A DNA stretch of 64,000 nt, taken from the NCBI RefSeq assembly GCF_022045235.1, contig NW_027266308.1:70060001-70124000 (forward strand), read 5' to 3'. Of this stretch, positions 35,366 through 50,300 are shown piece by piece. The DNA is from Haliotis cracherodii. Taxonomy: Eukaryota. The position numbers were made by a program, and so were the translations under genes. The notes under the pieces were generated by a model. The model did not search any database. It saw nothing but the letters and a program-made list of their open reading frames with translations, and had not been told where the DNA came from. Positions within the stretch are counted from its first letter, which is position 1, and every line of letters starts with the position of its first letter.

Positions 35366-38300
35366 CTGCAACACATCAGTGGAGTGTGTGGTAATGGGGA
35401 CCATTCTACCCTGTCACAGGCATGTGGTACTGGGGACCTAGTCTACCCTGTCACAGGCATGTGGTACTGGGGACCTAGTCTACCCTGTCACAGGCATGTG
35501 GTACTGGGGATCTACTCTACCCTGTGACAGGCATGTGGTACTGGGGACCTACTCTACCCTGTGACAGGCATGTGGTACTGGGGACCTAGTCTACCTTGTG
35601 ACAGGCATGTGGTACTGGGGATCTACTCTACCCTGTGACAGGCATGTGGTACTGGGGACCTTGTCTACCCTGTGACAGGCATGTGGTACTGGGGACCTAT
35701 TCTTCCCTGATGGACCATGAGTGAACTGTAGTGTACACACCTTGGACCATGAGTGGATGGTAGTGTACACACCTTGGACCATGAGTGGGTCGTAGTGTAT
35801 ACACCTTGGACCATGAGTGGATCATAGTGTACACACCTTGGACCATGAGTGGATCGTAGTGTACACACCTTGGACCATGAGTGGATCGTAGTGTACAGAC
35901 CTTGGACCATGAGTGGATCGTAGTGTACACACCTTGGACCATGAGTAGATCGTAGTGTACACACCTTGGACCATGAGTGGACCATGAGTGGATCGTAGTG
36001 TACACACCTTGGACCATGAGTGGATCGTAGTGTACAGACCTTGGACCATGAGTGGATCGTAGTGTACACACCTTGGACCATGAGTGGGTCGTAGTGTACA
36101 CACCTTGGACTATGAGTGGATCGTAGTGTACACACCTTGGACCATGAGTGGACCATGAGTGGATCGTAGTGTACAGACCTTGGACCATGAGTGGATCGTA
36201 GTGTACACAGCTTGGATTGTACTGGGGACCTATTCTTCCCTGATGGACCATGAGTGAACTGTAGTGTACACACCTTGGACCATGAGTGGATGGTAGTGTA
36301 CACACCTTGGACCATGAGTGGGTCGTAGTGTACAGACCTTGGACCATGAGTGGACCATGAGTGGATCGTAGTGTACAGACCTTGGACCATGAGTGGATCG
36401 TAGTGTACACAGCTTGGATTGTACTGGGGACCTATTCTTCCCTGATGGACCATGAGTGAACTGTAGTGTACACACCTTGGACCATGAGTGGATCGTAGTG
36501 TACAGACCTTGGACCATGAGTGGATCGTAGTGTACAGACCTTGGATCATGAGTGGATCGTAGTGTACACAGCTTGGATTGTACTGGGGACCTATTCTTCC
36601 CTGATGGACCATGAGTGAACTGTAGTGTACACACCTTGGACCATGAGTGGATGGTAGTGTACACACCTTGGACCATGAGTGGATCGTAATGTACACACCT
36701 TGGACTATGAGTGGATCGTAGTGTACACACCTTGGACTATGAGTGGATCGTAGTGTACACACCTTGGACCATGAGTGGATCGTAGTGTACATACCTTGGA
36801 CTATGAGTGGATCGTAGTGTACATACCTTGGACCATGAGTGGATCGTAGTGTACATACCTTGGACCATGAGTGGATCGTAGTGTACATACCTTGGACCAT
36901 GAGTGGATCGTAGTGTACATACCTTGGACCATGAGTGGGTTGTAGTGTACACACCTTGGACCATGAGTGGGTTGTAGTGTACACACCTTGGACCATGAGT
37001 GGATCGTAGTGTACACACCTTGGACCATGAGTGGATCGTAGTGTACATACCTTGGACCATGAGTGGATCGTAGTGTACACACCTTGGACCATGAGTGGAT
37101 CGTAGTGTACATACCTTGGACCATGAGTGGATCGTAGTGTACACACCTTGGACCATGAGTGGATCGTAGTGTACACACCTTGGACCATGAGTGGATCGTA
37201 GTGTACATACCTTGGACCATGAGTGGATCGTAGTGTACACACCTTGGACCATGAGTGGATCGTAGTGTACATACCTTGGACCATGAGTGGATCGTAGTGT
37301 ACACACCTTGGACCATGAGTGGGTCGTAGTGTACATACCTTGGACCATGAGTGGGTTGTAGTGTACATACCTTGGACCATGAGTGGATGGTAGTGTACAC
37401 ACCTTGGACCATGAGTGGGTCGTAGTGTACACACCTTGGACCATGAGTGGGTCGTAGTGTACACACCTTGGACTATGAGTGGATCATAGTGTACACACCT
37501 TGGACCATGAGTGGATCATAGTGTACACACATTGGATCATGAGTGGACCATGAGTGGGTCATAGTGTACATACCTTGGACCATGAGTGGATCGTAGTGTA
37601 CACACCTTGGACCATGAGTGGACAATGAGTGGATCGTAGTGTACACACCTTGGACCATGAGTGGATCGTAGTGTACATACCTTGGACCATGAGTGGACCA
37701 TGAGTGGATCGTAGTGTACATACCTTGGACAATGAGTGGATCGTAGTGTACACACCTTGGACCATGAGTGGATCGTAGTGTACATACCTTGGACCATGAG
37801 TAGACCATGAGTGGATCATAGTGTACACACCTTGGACAATGAGTGGATCGTAGTGTACACACCTTGGACCATGAGCGGGTCGTAGTGTACACACCTTGGA
37901 CCATGAGTGGATCGTAGGGTACACACCTTGGACCATGAGTGGACCATGAGTGGATCGTAGTGTACACACCTTGGAATATGAGTGGATCGTAGTGTACACA
38001 CCTTGGACCATGAGTGAATAGTGTACACAGCTTGGACCATGAGTGGATCGTTGTGTACATACCTTGGACCATGAGTGGATCGTAGTGTACACACCTTGGA
38101 CCATGAGTGGACCATGAGTGAATAGTGTACACACCTTGGACCATGAGTGGACCATGAGTGGATCGTAGTGTACATACTTTGGACCATGAGTGGATCGTAG
38201 TGTACATACCTTGGACCATGAGTGGATCGTAGTGTACATACCTTGGACCATGAGTGGATCGTAGTGTACACACCTTGGACCATGAGTGGGTCGTAGTGTA

Positions 38301-41300
38301 CATACCTTGGACCATGAGTGGATCGTAGTGTACACACCTTGGACCATGAGTGGGTCGTAGTGTACACACCTTGGACCATGAGTGGATCGTAGTGTACATA
38401 CCTTGGACCATGAGTGATTCGTAGTGTACATACCTTGGACCATGAGTGGATCGTAGTGTACACACCTTGGACCATGAGTGGATCGTAGTGTACATACCTT
38501 GGACCATGAGTGGATCGTAGTGTACATACCTTGGACCAAGGACACTGCTGCAGGGCTCGGTAGAATATTCCTTTAGCTCGCTCTCTGTCCCCAAACTTGC
38601 TCTGAATAAAGATGACCACATGGCGTAAGTGTTAATGTAGGTATAGAATGATGGAAGAAAACATAATGAACTGTTGGAAGTCACCTCCAGACTTCCATTC
38701 TAAATTAAAACACAGAGGAGATCAATGAGGCACATGAGGCTTTGTGGCTCACCTGCAGTAATCTGGAATATTCTATCAGATTAGAAAGGTTAAGCCAAAC
38801 TTTCTTTTTATCATGATTGTTAGATTGTTGTTTAAAACCACACTCAGCAATATTCCAGCTATATGACATCAGTAAGTAAATATTCAAGTCCAGTTCAAAT
38901 ATTAAATAATCCAGTGATTGATATCATGGGCATCAATCCACCCAATTGGGAGACGATGACAAGTCCTCTTCTAACCCGGATCTTCACAGGAGGAGACAAG
39001 CATGTTGGTGCAGATCCGGGTTAGAATAGGACTTCAGCAACCAACATGCTTGTCTCCTCCTGTGCAGATCCAGGGCCTACTTGCACAAAACGATCTTAGT
39101 GCTAAGACTATTGTAAGCCTATGTTAAAGTATGGGAGTTAAGATCATCTTAGCACGAAGATCGCTTTGTGCAAGCGGGCCCTGGTTAGAATAGGAACCTA
39201 TGCTTGTCTCCTCCTGTGCAGATCCGGGTTTTTGAATAGGACTTCAGCAACCTATGCTTGTCTCCTCCTGTGCAGATCTGGGTTCGAATAGGACTTCAGC
39301 AACCTATGCTTGTCTCCTCCTGTGCAGATCCGTGTTCGAATAGGACTTCAGCAACCAACATGCTTGTCTCCTCCTGTGCAGATCCGGGTTAGAATAGGAC
39401 TTCAGCAACCTTTGCTTGTCTCCTCCTGTGCAGATCCGGGTTCGAATAGAACTTCAGCAACCAACATGCTTGTCTCCTCATGGGCAGATCCGGGTTAGAA
39501 TAGGACTTCAGCAACCAACATGCTTGTCTCCTCCTGTGCAGATCCGGGTTCGAATAGGACTTCAACAACCAACATGCTTGTCTCCTCCTGTGCAGATCCG
39601 GATTCGAATAGGACTTCAGCAACCAACATGCTTGTCTCCTCCTGTGCAGATCCGGATTCGAATAGGACTTCAGCAACCAAGCATGAAGCTGTGTAAAATA
39701 TCACGGTTTGCAGCCAAATACTGAATACATTATTGAGCAGAACATTTAGTCACATGACTTTCATGATCATACATGAAGAAATGGCTGAGCACAGACATTT
39801 CTAAAAATGGCTGCCTTTAGGTTTGGTGGAACCTTATGACATTGGTCCCAGTGTTGCTCTGATAATGATTCTTGGTACCTGTGACTACATGCACATTACT
39901 CTACTGGCCTCGTACCTCTACATGGCAGTACAGCCTCCACACCAGGGGGCAGTGTTGTGAGGCCGAGCTCTGTGTCCCGCGCTCCAACACACTCCGCACT
40001 CGGTGCATCACCCCAGTGGTACTGCAACTGTCTGAAACATCAACACCAGGATGAGTGAGTGAATAGGGGTAACACTACTGAGCAATATCTCTGACTGCAG
40101 ACCTGTACTAGTCCAACCAGTGGGTAAAAGCGTGAGCATTCATCCCTCCTGATGGGCTACAACCTGCTTGTCCTTCTGGGCCCCGTTCCACAAAGCCATT
40201 ATAGCGCTACAACTGTCATAAGTCAATATTAAAGTACGGGAGTTACAATCTTAGGGCTAAGATAGTTTTCTGAAACGGGGCCCAGTCTTTAGTCTGGTTG
40301 AGAGTGCTGCTGTGTGCACCTGTACATGTATTTTTGTCAAATATTAAACCAGATAAACAACATGACTCAAGATATCACTGTTGTGTCATCTGGGCCATAT
40401 TCCGTTCTAACATTAAGTAGACATTTGTGATTATGGAAAAGAACAGAAAATGCCAATAATTCAAGATTTCATGCGAGTTTGGACTACCTGTTTGTGCCTC
40501 CTGCTGTAGAGAGGTGAGTCTCACTACTTCAACCAGCACAGTATGGAGGAGTGGTACAGGAGATGCAGGATTCACTAAGGCTCTGTCCATGTAGCGCCGC
40601 AGACGCCCCACGATGTGGGACCTGGCCTCGAGGTCCACCAGGCACTGGAGGAAGGCTGAGCTGTCGGGGAACTCCTGCAGGGCTCTGTCTATCACAACCC
40701 GCAGCTGGCTGAGAGGCACAGCCCCGACTGACATTTGGTGGCGGAGCAGGATCCACTGTGACCTGTAGATATTCTCCCGGACGGCCACGAGAGGTTGGCT
40801 CGTGGCTGAAGACTTGCTGCCATCCAATAACAGAAGGACATCTTGGTAGTTAGACATGGCAGCCTCGAGGCCACTGGAACACAGTTCAAACATGGCCAGA
40901 CAGTTCAGTTGACTCAGCAGGTGATGGAAAACTCTGGTCTTACCTTCACCGTGAGCCGACTCTGCTTTGCAGACCGTCCTGGCAAGATCCGTGACCTGAG
41001 TCTTTAGCTTGCGCCGTGTTCTCAACATAGTGCTTGTAGTCACAGTCGGCTCCTTCAGAAGTTGGAACTTTGTACCTTCAGCTAGAGAAGTGAGGCAGAA
41101 CATGAGCCTTGTCTTCTGTTGTTGTGACACGTCTATCTGCTTTTGTGTGAGGTCTGCATGGAGGTGCTGTGTGACATGGAGGAGGAGCTGGCAGTAGGTC
41201 TGGTACAGGAGACACAGGCCGGACTTGTCCTCACTGCTGCCCCCACTGAACATTGCTAGAGCTGTCTCCACCACCCCCACGGCGTCCTGGCTCCTCCCCA

Positions 41301-44300
41301 GCTCGTGCTCCAGGCAGGCGTACGCGTTCCACACAGTCAGGTTATTGCGGTTGTGACCTTCCTTTAGCAGATTTTTCACAAACTTTCTGAGCACCTTTGA
41401 TTTGTGTTTAGGCAAGTCTCTTGGAGAATCAACTCCGTGTTTCCTCCATTCAGTCTGAATCAGAAGCAGCGTGAAGACCGTCTGACTCTGTCCCCTGAAC
41501 ACTCTGACTGCCTGGGCGAGGGTCTGGTGAATAAATCTCTGTAACGTCTCACTCTGGTCGTCAGCTCCATCCAGGTCAGGGCTCCTTGCAGCTTGTAACC
41601 ATGGCAACTGGCACATCTTGTGGAGGGACAGCTGCATGGAAGATGCTGAGGTCCCCTCCTGTTGCTGCAGACACAGCTGAGACAGGACGTCCCACGTGGC
41701 CACGCCCAGCTGGCGGAGCAGACACAGGACAAGGTGGAACTGAGCATCTGGCTCCGCTACTCGGAACAACACCGGTGTGATGTCGTCTACCAGAACCAGT
41801 CGCTCCAGATCCTCACAGTCTTCCTCCGTTTCATTCTTTGACAGATCTGGTCGCCATGGCAGCCAATGAGAGTTTTCACGTAATGTCTCAATTTCTAACC
41901 AAGTTTTCCATGTCAGCATCTGTTTTGATATTATAGCTTCCTCAGCTTCTTCAGTCGTGTCTGAAACTCAGATACAGTGATCCGTATTTGTATAGTTTAA
42001 TATCAATTTTAATCAGTGAATAAAAACAAGGCAAAAAGTAAGCAGGGACTTATTTCTAAGTTCAAAACATGAAAAAAAAAAAAAAATCTCAGAAAATCAA
42101 CTTATCGAAATCAAACTTTGCACTGCACCTCTCCTATCGGTAAAGAAACTGTGCCCGCAATTGGAAAAGAATCCATGAAGTAATTTACATGTAATAGGTC
42201 ACACAAATGCTGAAGTAAAAAAAATCGAAAATCCACATATCAAAATCAAACTCTGCACTGCACCTCTCCTATTAGCATGGTTAGGTGTTTAAGTAAAAAT
42301 AGTCAATATATGAAAAAGGCTGCACTTTTTCCGAAAATACAAATATTGAAATCAAGCTTCACACTGCAACACTCCTATACAATCAATACACTTAGTATCA
42401 CTAGTTCTCAAGTTATAGGTCACACACAAAAATATCCTCAGAAGGACGGCCGGAATTCCTTGGTATAGCTATATATACCCTTGTCCTGATAGGTCGGGGG
42501 CATAATAATTAGTAGATAAACATTGTGTGTTTTAAAATTTGCTGTAGTTATTGAGTATATTTGAAACAATGTTATTGAGGCACTCATACTAATCACAATG
42601 ATAATTAAACATCTAAAATAACTGATGTTTCAGATCTGAAAGCAAGGAATTGTCATCACAACATTACATATTGATGATTACAAAACACATTGTCGCATAT
42701 CGATTACGACATCACACATTGATGTACCTGCCGTGATGCCCCCCGTCTCTGCCACCATCTTGTCCTTGCTCCTCCAGGCGCCCCAGCCTGCCGCTCCTGG
42801 CTCCCCAAACCGAGCAACGCTGCTGTCCCAGAAACTCTCAAACACGGCCGCCCGGTCCCCCGTCATGGTGTCCGTGAGGTTGGGGGGACAGAAGAGGTTG
42901 AACTCGATGAGGGCCTGGTACGAGGCAACGGCTCGCTCGGTGTGACCAACTTGATGCAGGAACATACAGTACTGGACAAAGACGTCTGGAATACAAGGTC
43001 CTCGACTCTCACACAATATTAGTGTACAGTTTTCAGCTCTAGCAGCGATTTTGGAAAGGTTAAGGCTAAAAAAACCAAGCATGAAATACTCACATCCCCC
43101 GCCAATATGACATGTCCGGTTGTGTGCAATGCATTAGCTCCTGTGAACTATGTCTGCTGGACCTTTTAGTAATGGCCTAATTGCAGCACTAAAAAAGTTA
43201 TTACTGGTCTTGTTTTGCCATCTGCAGATTATTAAAATTAGGAGCGATGGTTTCAATGTAGGTTCTAACACCGTTATCAAGCAAGTGAAGTACAGGGTAT
43301 GGTTGACAAGAATATATAGTGTTTATACAGTTGAGTAGGTTTAAGATCATTTACACTGTTGTATTTGTAATGAGTTGTGTTTCTGCATGAAGTTAGTCAG
43401 TGAATGCAACAACTGTGTCCATGACACTTTTGGAGGAACTTACACTCAAGCAATGCAGAACTTACAAACAAGAAAAGGAAATGTATTCAATACTATGAGA
43501 TGACATTATGTGCCAAGTTTGGTTGCCATTGAAACTCGAAAAATTATTTTTTTTGAAATAACAAACTATCAAAAAACACCAGTTCACCACTAGACCTATC
43601 TATGTGCAAAGTTTGGTGAAGAAATATGGTAGGGTTTTCAAGATCAGCTCCGGATACGAGGACTACCGCCATTTTCAGTCTAAGTCAAAGTCGTTGCCAT
43701 GGAAACTCGAAAAATAACTTTTTTAAAGAATCCCAAACTATCAAAAGGCACCAGTTTACCACTAAACCTATCAATGTGCCAAATGTGGTGAAGGAAACTG
43801 GTACAGTTTTCAAGATCTGCTCCAGAAATGAGGACCACCGCCATTTTCAGTCTAAATCAAAGCCGTTGCAATGGAAACTCAAAAAAAATAATATTTTTAA
43901 AAATCCCAAACTATCAAAAGGCACCAGTTCACCACTAGACCTATCTATGTGCCAAGTATGGTGAAGAAATATGGTACGGTTTTCAAGATCTGCTCCGGAA
44001 ACGAGGACTACCGCCATTTTCAGTCTAAATCAAATTCGTTGCCATGGAAACACGAAAAATAACTTTTTTCAATCCCAAACTATCAAAAGGCACCAGTTCA
44101 CCACTAGATCTATCTATGTGCCACGTTTGGTGAAGAAATATGGTACGGTTGTTCAAGATCTACTCCGGAAACGAAATGTGACGGACGGACGGAAGGATGG
44201 ACGGACGGAAGGATGGACGGACGGCACCCATTCCTATATCCCCCTTCCACTTCATGGCAGGGGATAATAATAGTCTTGGCCCTCAGGCACCACCCACATC

Positions 44301-47300
44301 ATCATAAAATCTGTCACATGTTTTGTTATTATTTCCATGTACAAAAATAATTGAAAATGGAAACAAAAATAAAATGTGCAATGAACTTTATGATGATGTG
44401 GGCAGTGCCTGAAAACCAAGACTATTATTTTTTTTAAGGAAAGGTCACATATGCCATCACTTCTCATCCTGCTCATGTCATACCAAGTAGGGATGGGTAT
44501 CGGAGGTTGGAAGTGTGTTACAATATTTTACAATGCACAAGGCCGTATAGTGATAGGTATGACAATATGCTGTACAATTCCAAATTTTGAATTCAGAAGA
44601 AATTTGAAACAATGAATTGAAGTTCATAAATGGAATCAAAACAAGATGCTGGTACAACATAATGTTTACTCATTCAATAAATATGCACGGATGCACACTC
44701 CGGATGCATGCTCCAGGACAGTGAGGACTTCATGTTACACTACACCACTGACGCAGAAGAACTCCAGAATGCAAGCTTGTATTTTCAAATTATGGTAAAA
44801 TTTCGAAGGTAAATGTATTTGGCAAGTTTATTACATTAAACACATATAAAAATATACTGAGCATTAAAACATAATATTGTGATACGTATGATGGAAAGAA
44901 TGATATCCAGGTGTTACTGTGCATCCCTAACACCTACTGTCAGATGACATCAACTGTACACACTCCGAGCAGTCAGCACTCAAACAGGCTATGTAGTCTC
45001 CATGAAACATTAACATGTAAAAAGAAACTCCACTCAAACATATATCAAATACAGAATCTGATCTTCCATTCCTTTAAACATGATCTTCCAATCCTTTAAA
45101 CAAATGGACTATTCATTTTGCTAATGTTTGTTTATTTGTTTAACACCACACTCAGCAATATTCCAGCTATACGACGGCGGTCTGTAAATAATCGAGTCTG
45201 GACCAGACAATCCAATGATTGACGTCATAGGCATCAATCAATTGGGATATGATGACATGCATCAACCAAGTCAGCGTGTATGACCACCATTAGTCGCATC
45301 TTACATCAAGCATAGTCTCCTTTTACGGTAAGCATGGGTTGCTGAAGACCTATTCTAACCCGGATCTTCATGGGTCCATTTTACTAATGGAAGTGTTAAT
45401 CTTTCTTAAGGAGGTTGAAGACTCACCCATGAGGGCCGAGTCTGGCACATCTGTCGGCCGGGCTGTCTGCATGTTCCCCTCCACAACCGCTGTCAGCACG
45501 CGGAAACACTTGTGGTAGAGCTTGATGAGTTTAGGGACGGAGAAGGATGTGAGTCTGGACTGCTGATACAGGAGATAGCTGTGCCACAACTTGGTGTTGG
45601 CGGAGTGAACAAACAGCAGCTGGTCCCACTCCTGTGCCAGTCGCTCCGTGCCCCATACATCCTCGCACACCTCCAGCTGCGCCAGCTTCAGGTCCAGGCA
45701 GCCGGGGTTGTCCGACAGCGCCCTCTCCAGGATGGCCAGCTTCTTGTCAATCACTGCCTGGGACAGCCCTCCCCTCCGCCAGGAATCCCCACGGAACACT
45801 TGGTCCTGGAACTTCACAAACTCCAGCCAGAGTTTTACATCGCTTGTATTTTCCCTGAGGTTCTTGTTGTACCTGGCCACCTGCTGGAGAATCTCATCAT
45901 CGAGCTGCGTCTCTTCCGTCTCACCAGCCTCCTCCGTGCCCCTCCCCTGGACGTACTGCCTGGTGGCTTCGTCCAACACCCGGAGAGGGTCAGTAGCAGT
46001 GTCTGTCACCCCCCCAAGGGGAATGTACTGAACCTGACCGGCCTCCTGATCGACATGCCTCACCTTCTCTCCCACCTTCCTCAGCAGTGCTCTGCTTCTC
46101 TTCTGGCAATACCTAACTGCCTCGGCTTTCTTACTTGAGTTTTTCTCATGTTTAAAAAGATCCAGGTTCCCCTGCAGCCCGAGTGCAGAGTGTCCGTGTC
46201 TCCTGTAGCCAGCTATGTGAGCCTTGAAGAGGCACTCGTACGTCCACAGATCCTTGTCACGTTTGCGGTCTATCCTGAAAGCATCCTCGGGCTCCAGACC
46301 AGACATCTCCTCTATGAACACCTTCTTGGTGCTGACTGTCACCTTCTCTGACAACTGGGATCTGTATCACAACATCATCATCATCATCATCATCATCACT
46401 ATCATCATCATCACAACTACACACATGTCCAACACATACAAAGATTACAGCTATCTAACTTCAGGTTAGAATGAAAACACATGTTGTGAATCACATCCAG
46501 ATACATACAGGCACTGCTGTCACTGACTATCATGTGATGAGATGCTAAAATACTTCCACTTACCCTACTCTTGAAGATACCGCAAGTTCTTTTTTCTTGA
46601 CTTTGTTTTTCTTATGCTTGTGTTTATGTTTGGCTTTTTGCCTGCTGTGGCGGGCTGGACCCTCGACTCCTGGGTGGGCCGTACCTGGGGGGACATGGCA
46701 CCAGGTATAGTCACACTGTTTGGCTGCTACACTTACAGGTCAGACAACATCGGGTCACGGTTATTGTCAACTATCATGGGGACCTTGTTGTGTCAGGGTC
46801 AGGGTCAAGTTCAGGGTTGGTGTCGGCTCAGGGTTGGGTTATTTCTACTTTTGCAAGAGATCCTAACACTTTCACAGATGTTCAGTTACCCTGGTTACAA
46901 TAGCAGGACAAGTGAGATCTATTCTACCCTGCAATCCCCACACAGATGTTCAGTTACCACGGTTACAACATACAAGATCTGCTCTACCCTGCAAACCTCA
47001 CGCAGATCCTCAGTTACCATGGTTACAATAGCACAACAAACTCAGATCTATTCTGCTCTACAATTCCCACAGTTGTTCAGTTACCATGGTTACAACAGAA
47101 AGTGGGATGTGATACTGACCTTGAGACTCCTTGTCATCGCTACCTCCTTCACTTGTCTCTCTTGCTGCATTGCAACATCTGAAACACAGGATCCTAGCAT
47201 GAAACTCAACACACGGACACGAAGGTATCAGTAATTCAATATGCTGCATTGGAACATCTGAAACACAGGATCCTAGCATGAAACTCAACACACGGACACG

Positions 47301-50300
47301 AAGGTATCAGTAATTCAATATGCTGCATTGGAACATCTGAAACACAGGATCCTAACATGAAACTCAACACACGGACACGAAGGTATCAGTAATTCAATAT
47401 GCAGCACTGGAACATCTGAAACACAGGATCCTAGCATGAAACTCAACACACGGACACGAAGGTATCAGTAATTCAATATGCAGCATTGGAACATCTGAAA
47501 CACAGGATCCTAACATGAAACTCAACACACGGACACAAAGGTATCAGTAATTCAATATGCAGCATTGGAACATCTGAAACACAGGATCCTAACATGAAAC
47601 TCAACACACGGACACGAAGGTATCAGTAATTCAATATGCTGCATTGGAACATCTGAAACACAGGATCCTAACATGAAACTCAACACACGGAACCGAAGGT
47701 ATCAGTAATTCAATATGCTGCATTGGAACATCTGAAACACAGGATCCTAACATGAAACTCAACACACGGACACAAAGGTATCAGTAATTCAATATGCTGC
47801 ATTGGAACATCTGAAACACAGGATCCTAGCATGAAACTCAACACACGGACACGAAGGTATCAGTAATTCAATATGCTGCATTGGAACATCTGAAACACAG
47901 GATCCTAGCATGAAACTCAACACACGGACACGAAGGTATCAGTAATTCAATATGCTGCATTGCAACATCTGAAACACAGGATCCTAGCATGAAACTCAAC
48001 ACACGGTCACGAAGGTATCAGTAATTCAATATGCTGCATTGGAACATCTGAAACACAGGATCCTAGCATGAAACTCAACACACGGACACGAAGGTATCAG
48101 TAATTCAATATGCTGCATTGCAACATCTGAAACACAGGATCCTAGCATGAAACTCAACACACGGACACGAAGGTATCAGTAATTCAATATGCAGCATTGG
48201 AACATCTGAAACACAGGATCCTAACATGAAACTCAACACACGGACACGAAGGTATCAGTAATTCAATATGCTGCATTGGAACATCTGAAACACAGGATCC
48301 TAACATGAAACTCAACCCACGGACACGAAGGTATCAGTAATTCAATATGCTGCATTGGAACATCTGAAACACAGGATCCTAGCATGAAACTCAACACACG
48401 GACACGAAGGTATCAGTAATTCAATATGCTGCATTGGAACATCTGAAACACAGGATCCTAACATGAAACTCAACACACGGACACGAAGGTATCAGTAATT
48501 CAATATGCTGCATTGGAACATCTGAAACACAGGATACTAGCATGAAACTCAACACACGGACACGAAGGTATCAGTAATTCAATATGCAGCATTGGAACAT
48601 CTGAAACACAGGATCCTAACATGAAAGTCAACACACAGAAACCAAGGTATCAGTAATTCAATATGCTGCATTGGAACATCTGAAACACAGGATCCTAACA
48701 TGAAACTCAACAGACGGACACGAAGGTATCAGTAATTCAATATGCAGGATTGGAACATCTGAAACACAGGATCCTAACATGAAACTCAACACACGGACAC
48801 GAAGGTATCAGTAATTCAATATGCTGCATTGGAACATCTGAAACACAGGATCCTAGCATGAAACTCAACACACGGACACGAAGGTATCAGTAATTCAATA
48901 TGCTGCATTGGAACATCTGAAACACAGGATCCTAACATGAAACTCAACACACGGACACGAAGGTATCAGTAATTCAATATGCAGGATTGGAACATCTGAA
49001 ACACAGGATCCTAACATGAAACTCAACACACGGACACGAAGGTATCAGTAATTCAATATGCTGCATTGGAACATCTGAAACACAGGATCCTAGCATGAAA
49101 CTCAACACACGGACACGAAGGTATCAGTAATTCAATATGCTGCATTGCAACATCTGAAACACAGGATCCTAGCATGAAACTCAACACACGGACACGAAGG
49201 TATCAGTAATTCAATATGCTGCATTGGAACATCTGAAACACAGGATCCTAACATGAAACTCAACACACGGACACGAAGGTATCAGTAATTCAATATGCTG
49301 CATTGGAACATCTGAAACACAGGATCCTAGCATGAAACTCAACACACGGACACGAAGGTATCAGTAATTCAATATGCTGCATTGCAACATCTGAAACACA
49401 GGATCCTAGCATGAAACTCAACACACGGACACGAAGGTATCAGTAATTCAATATGCTGCATTGGAACATCTGAAACACAGGATCCTAACATGAAACTCAA
49501 CACACGGACACGAAGGTATCAGTAATTCAATATGCTGCATTGGAACATCTGAAACACAGGATCCTAACATGAAACCCAACACACGGACACGAAGGTATCA
49601 GTAATTCAATATGCTGCATTGGAACATCTGAAACACAGGATCCTAACATGAAACTCAACACACAGAAAAGAAGGTATCAGTAATTCAATATGCTGCATTG
49701 GAACATCTGAAACACAGGATCCTAGCATGAAACTCAACACACGGACACGAAGGTATCAGTAATTCAATATGCTGCATTGGAACATCTGAAACACAGGATC
49801 CTAACATGAAACTCAACACACAGAAAAGAAGGTATCAGTAATTCAATATGCTGCATTGCAACATCTGAAACACAGGATCCTAACATGAAACTCAACACAC
49901 GGACACGAAGGTATCAGTAATTCAATATGCTGCATTGGAACATCTGAAACACAGGATCCTAACATGAAACTCAACCCACGGACACGAAGGTATCAGTAAT
50001 TCAATATGCTGCATTGGAACATCTGAAACACAGGATCCTAGCATGAAACTCAACACACGGACACGAAGGTATCAGTAATTCAATATGCTGCATTGGAACA
50101 TCTGAAACACAGGATCCTAACATGAAACTCAACACACGGAAACCAAGGTATCAGTAATTCAATATGCTGCATTGGAACATCTGAAACACAGGATCCTAAC
50201 ATGAAACTCAACCCACGGACACGAAGGTATCAGTAATTCAATATGCTGCATTGGAACATCTGAAACACAGGATCCTAGCATGAAACTCAACACACGGACA

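Noticed and set aside
44488-44929. Possible hAT MITE (tagggatg...catcccta)
   Set aside because: Only an 8-bp terminal match and no target-site duplication.
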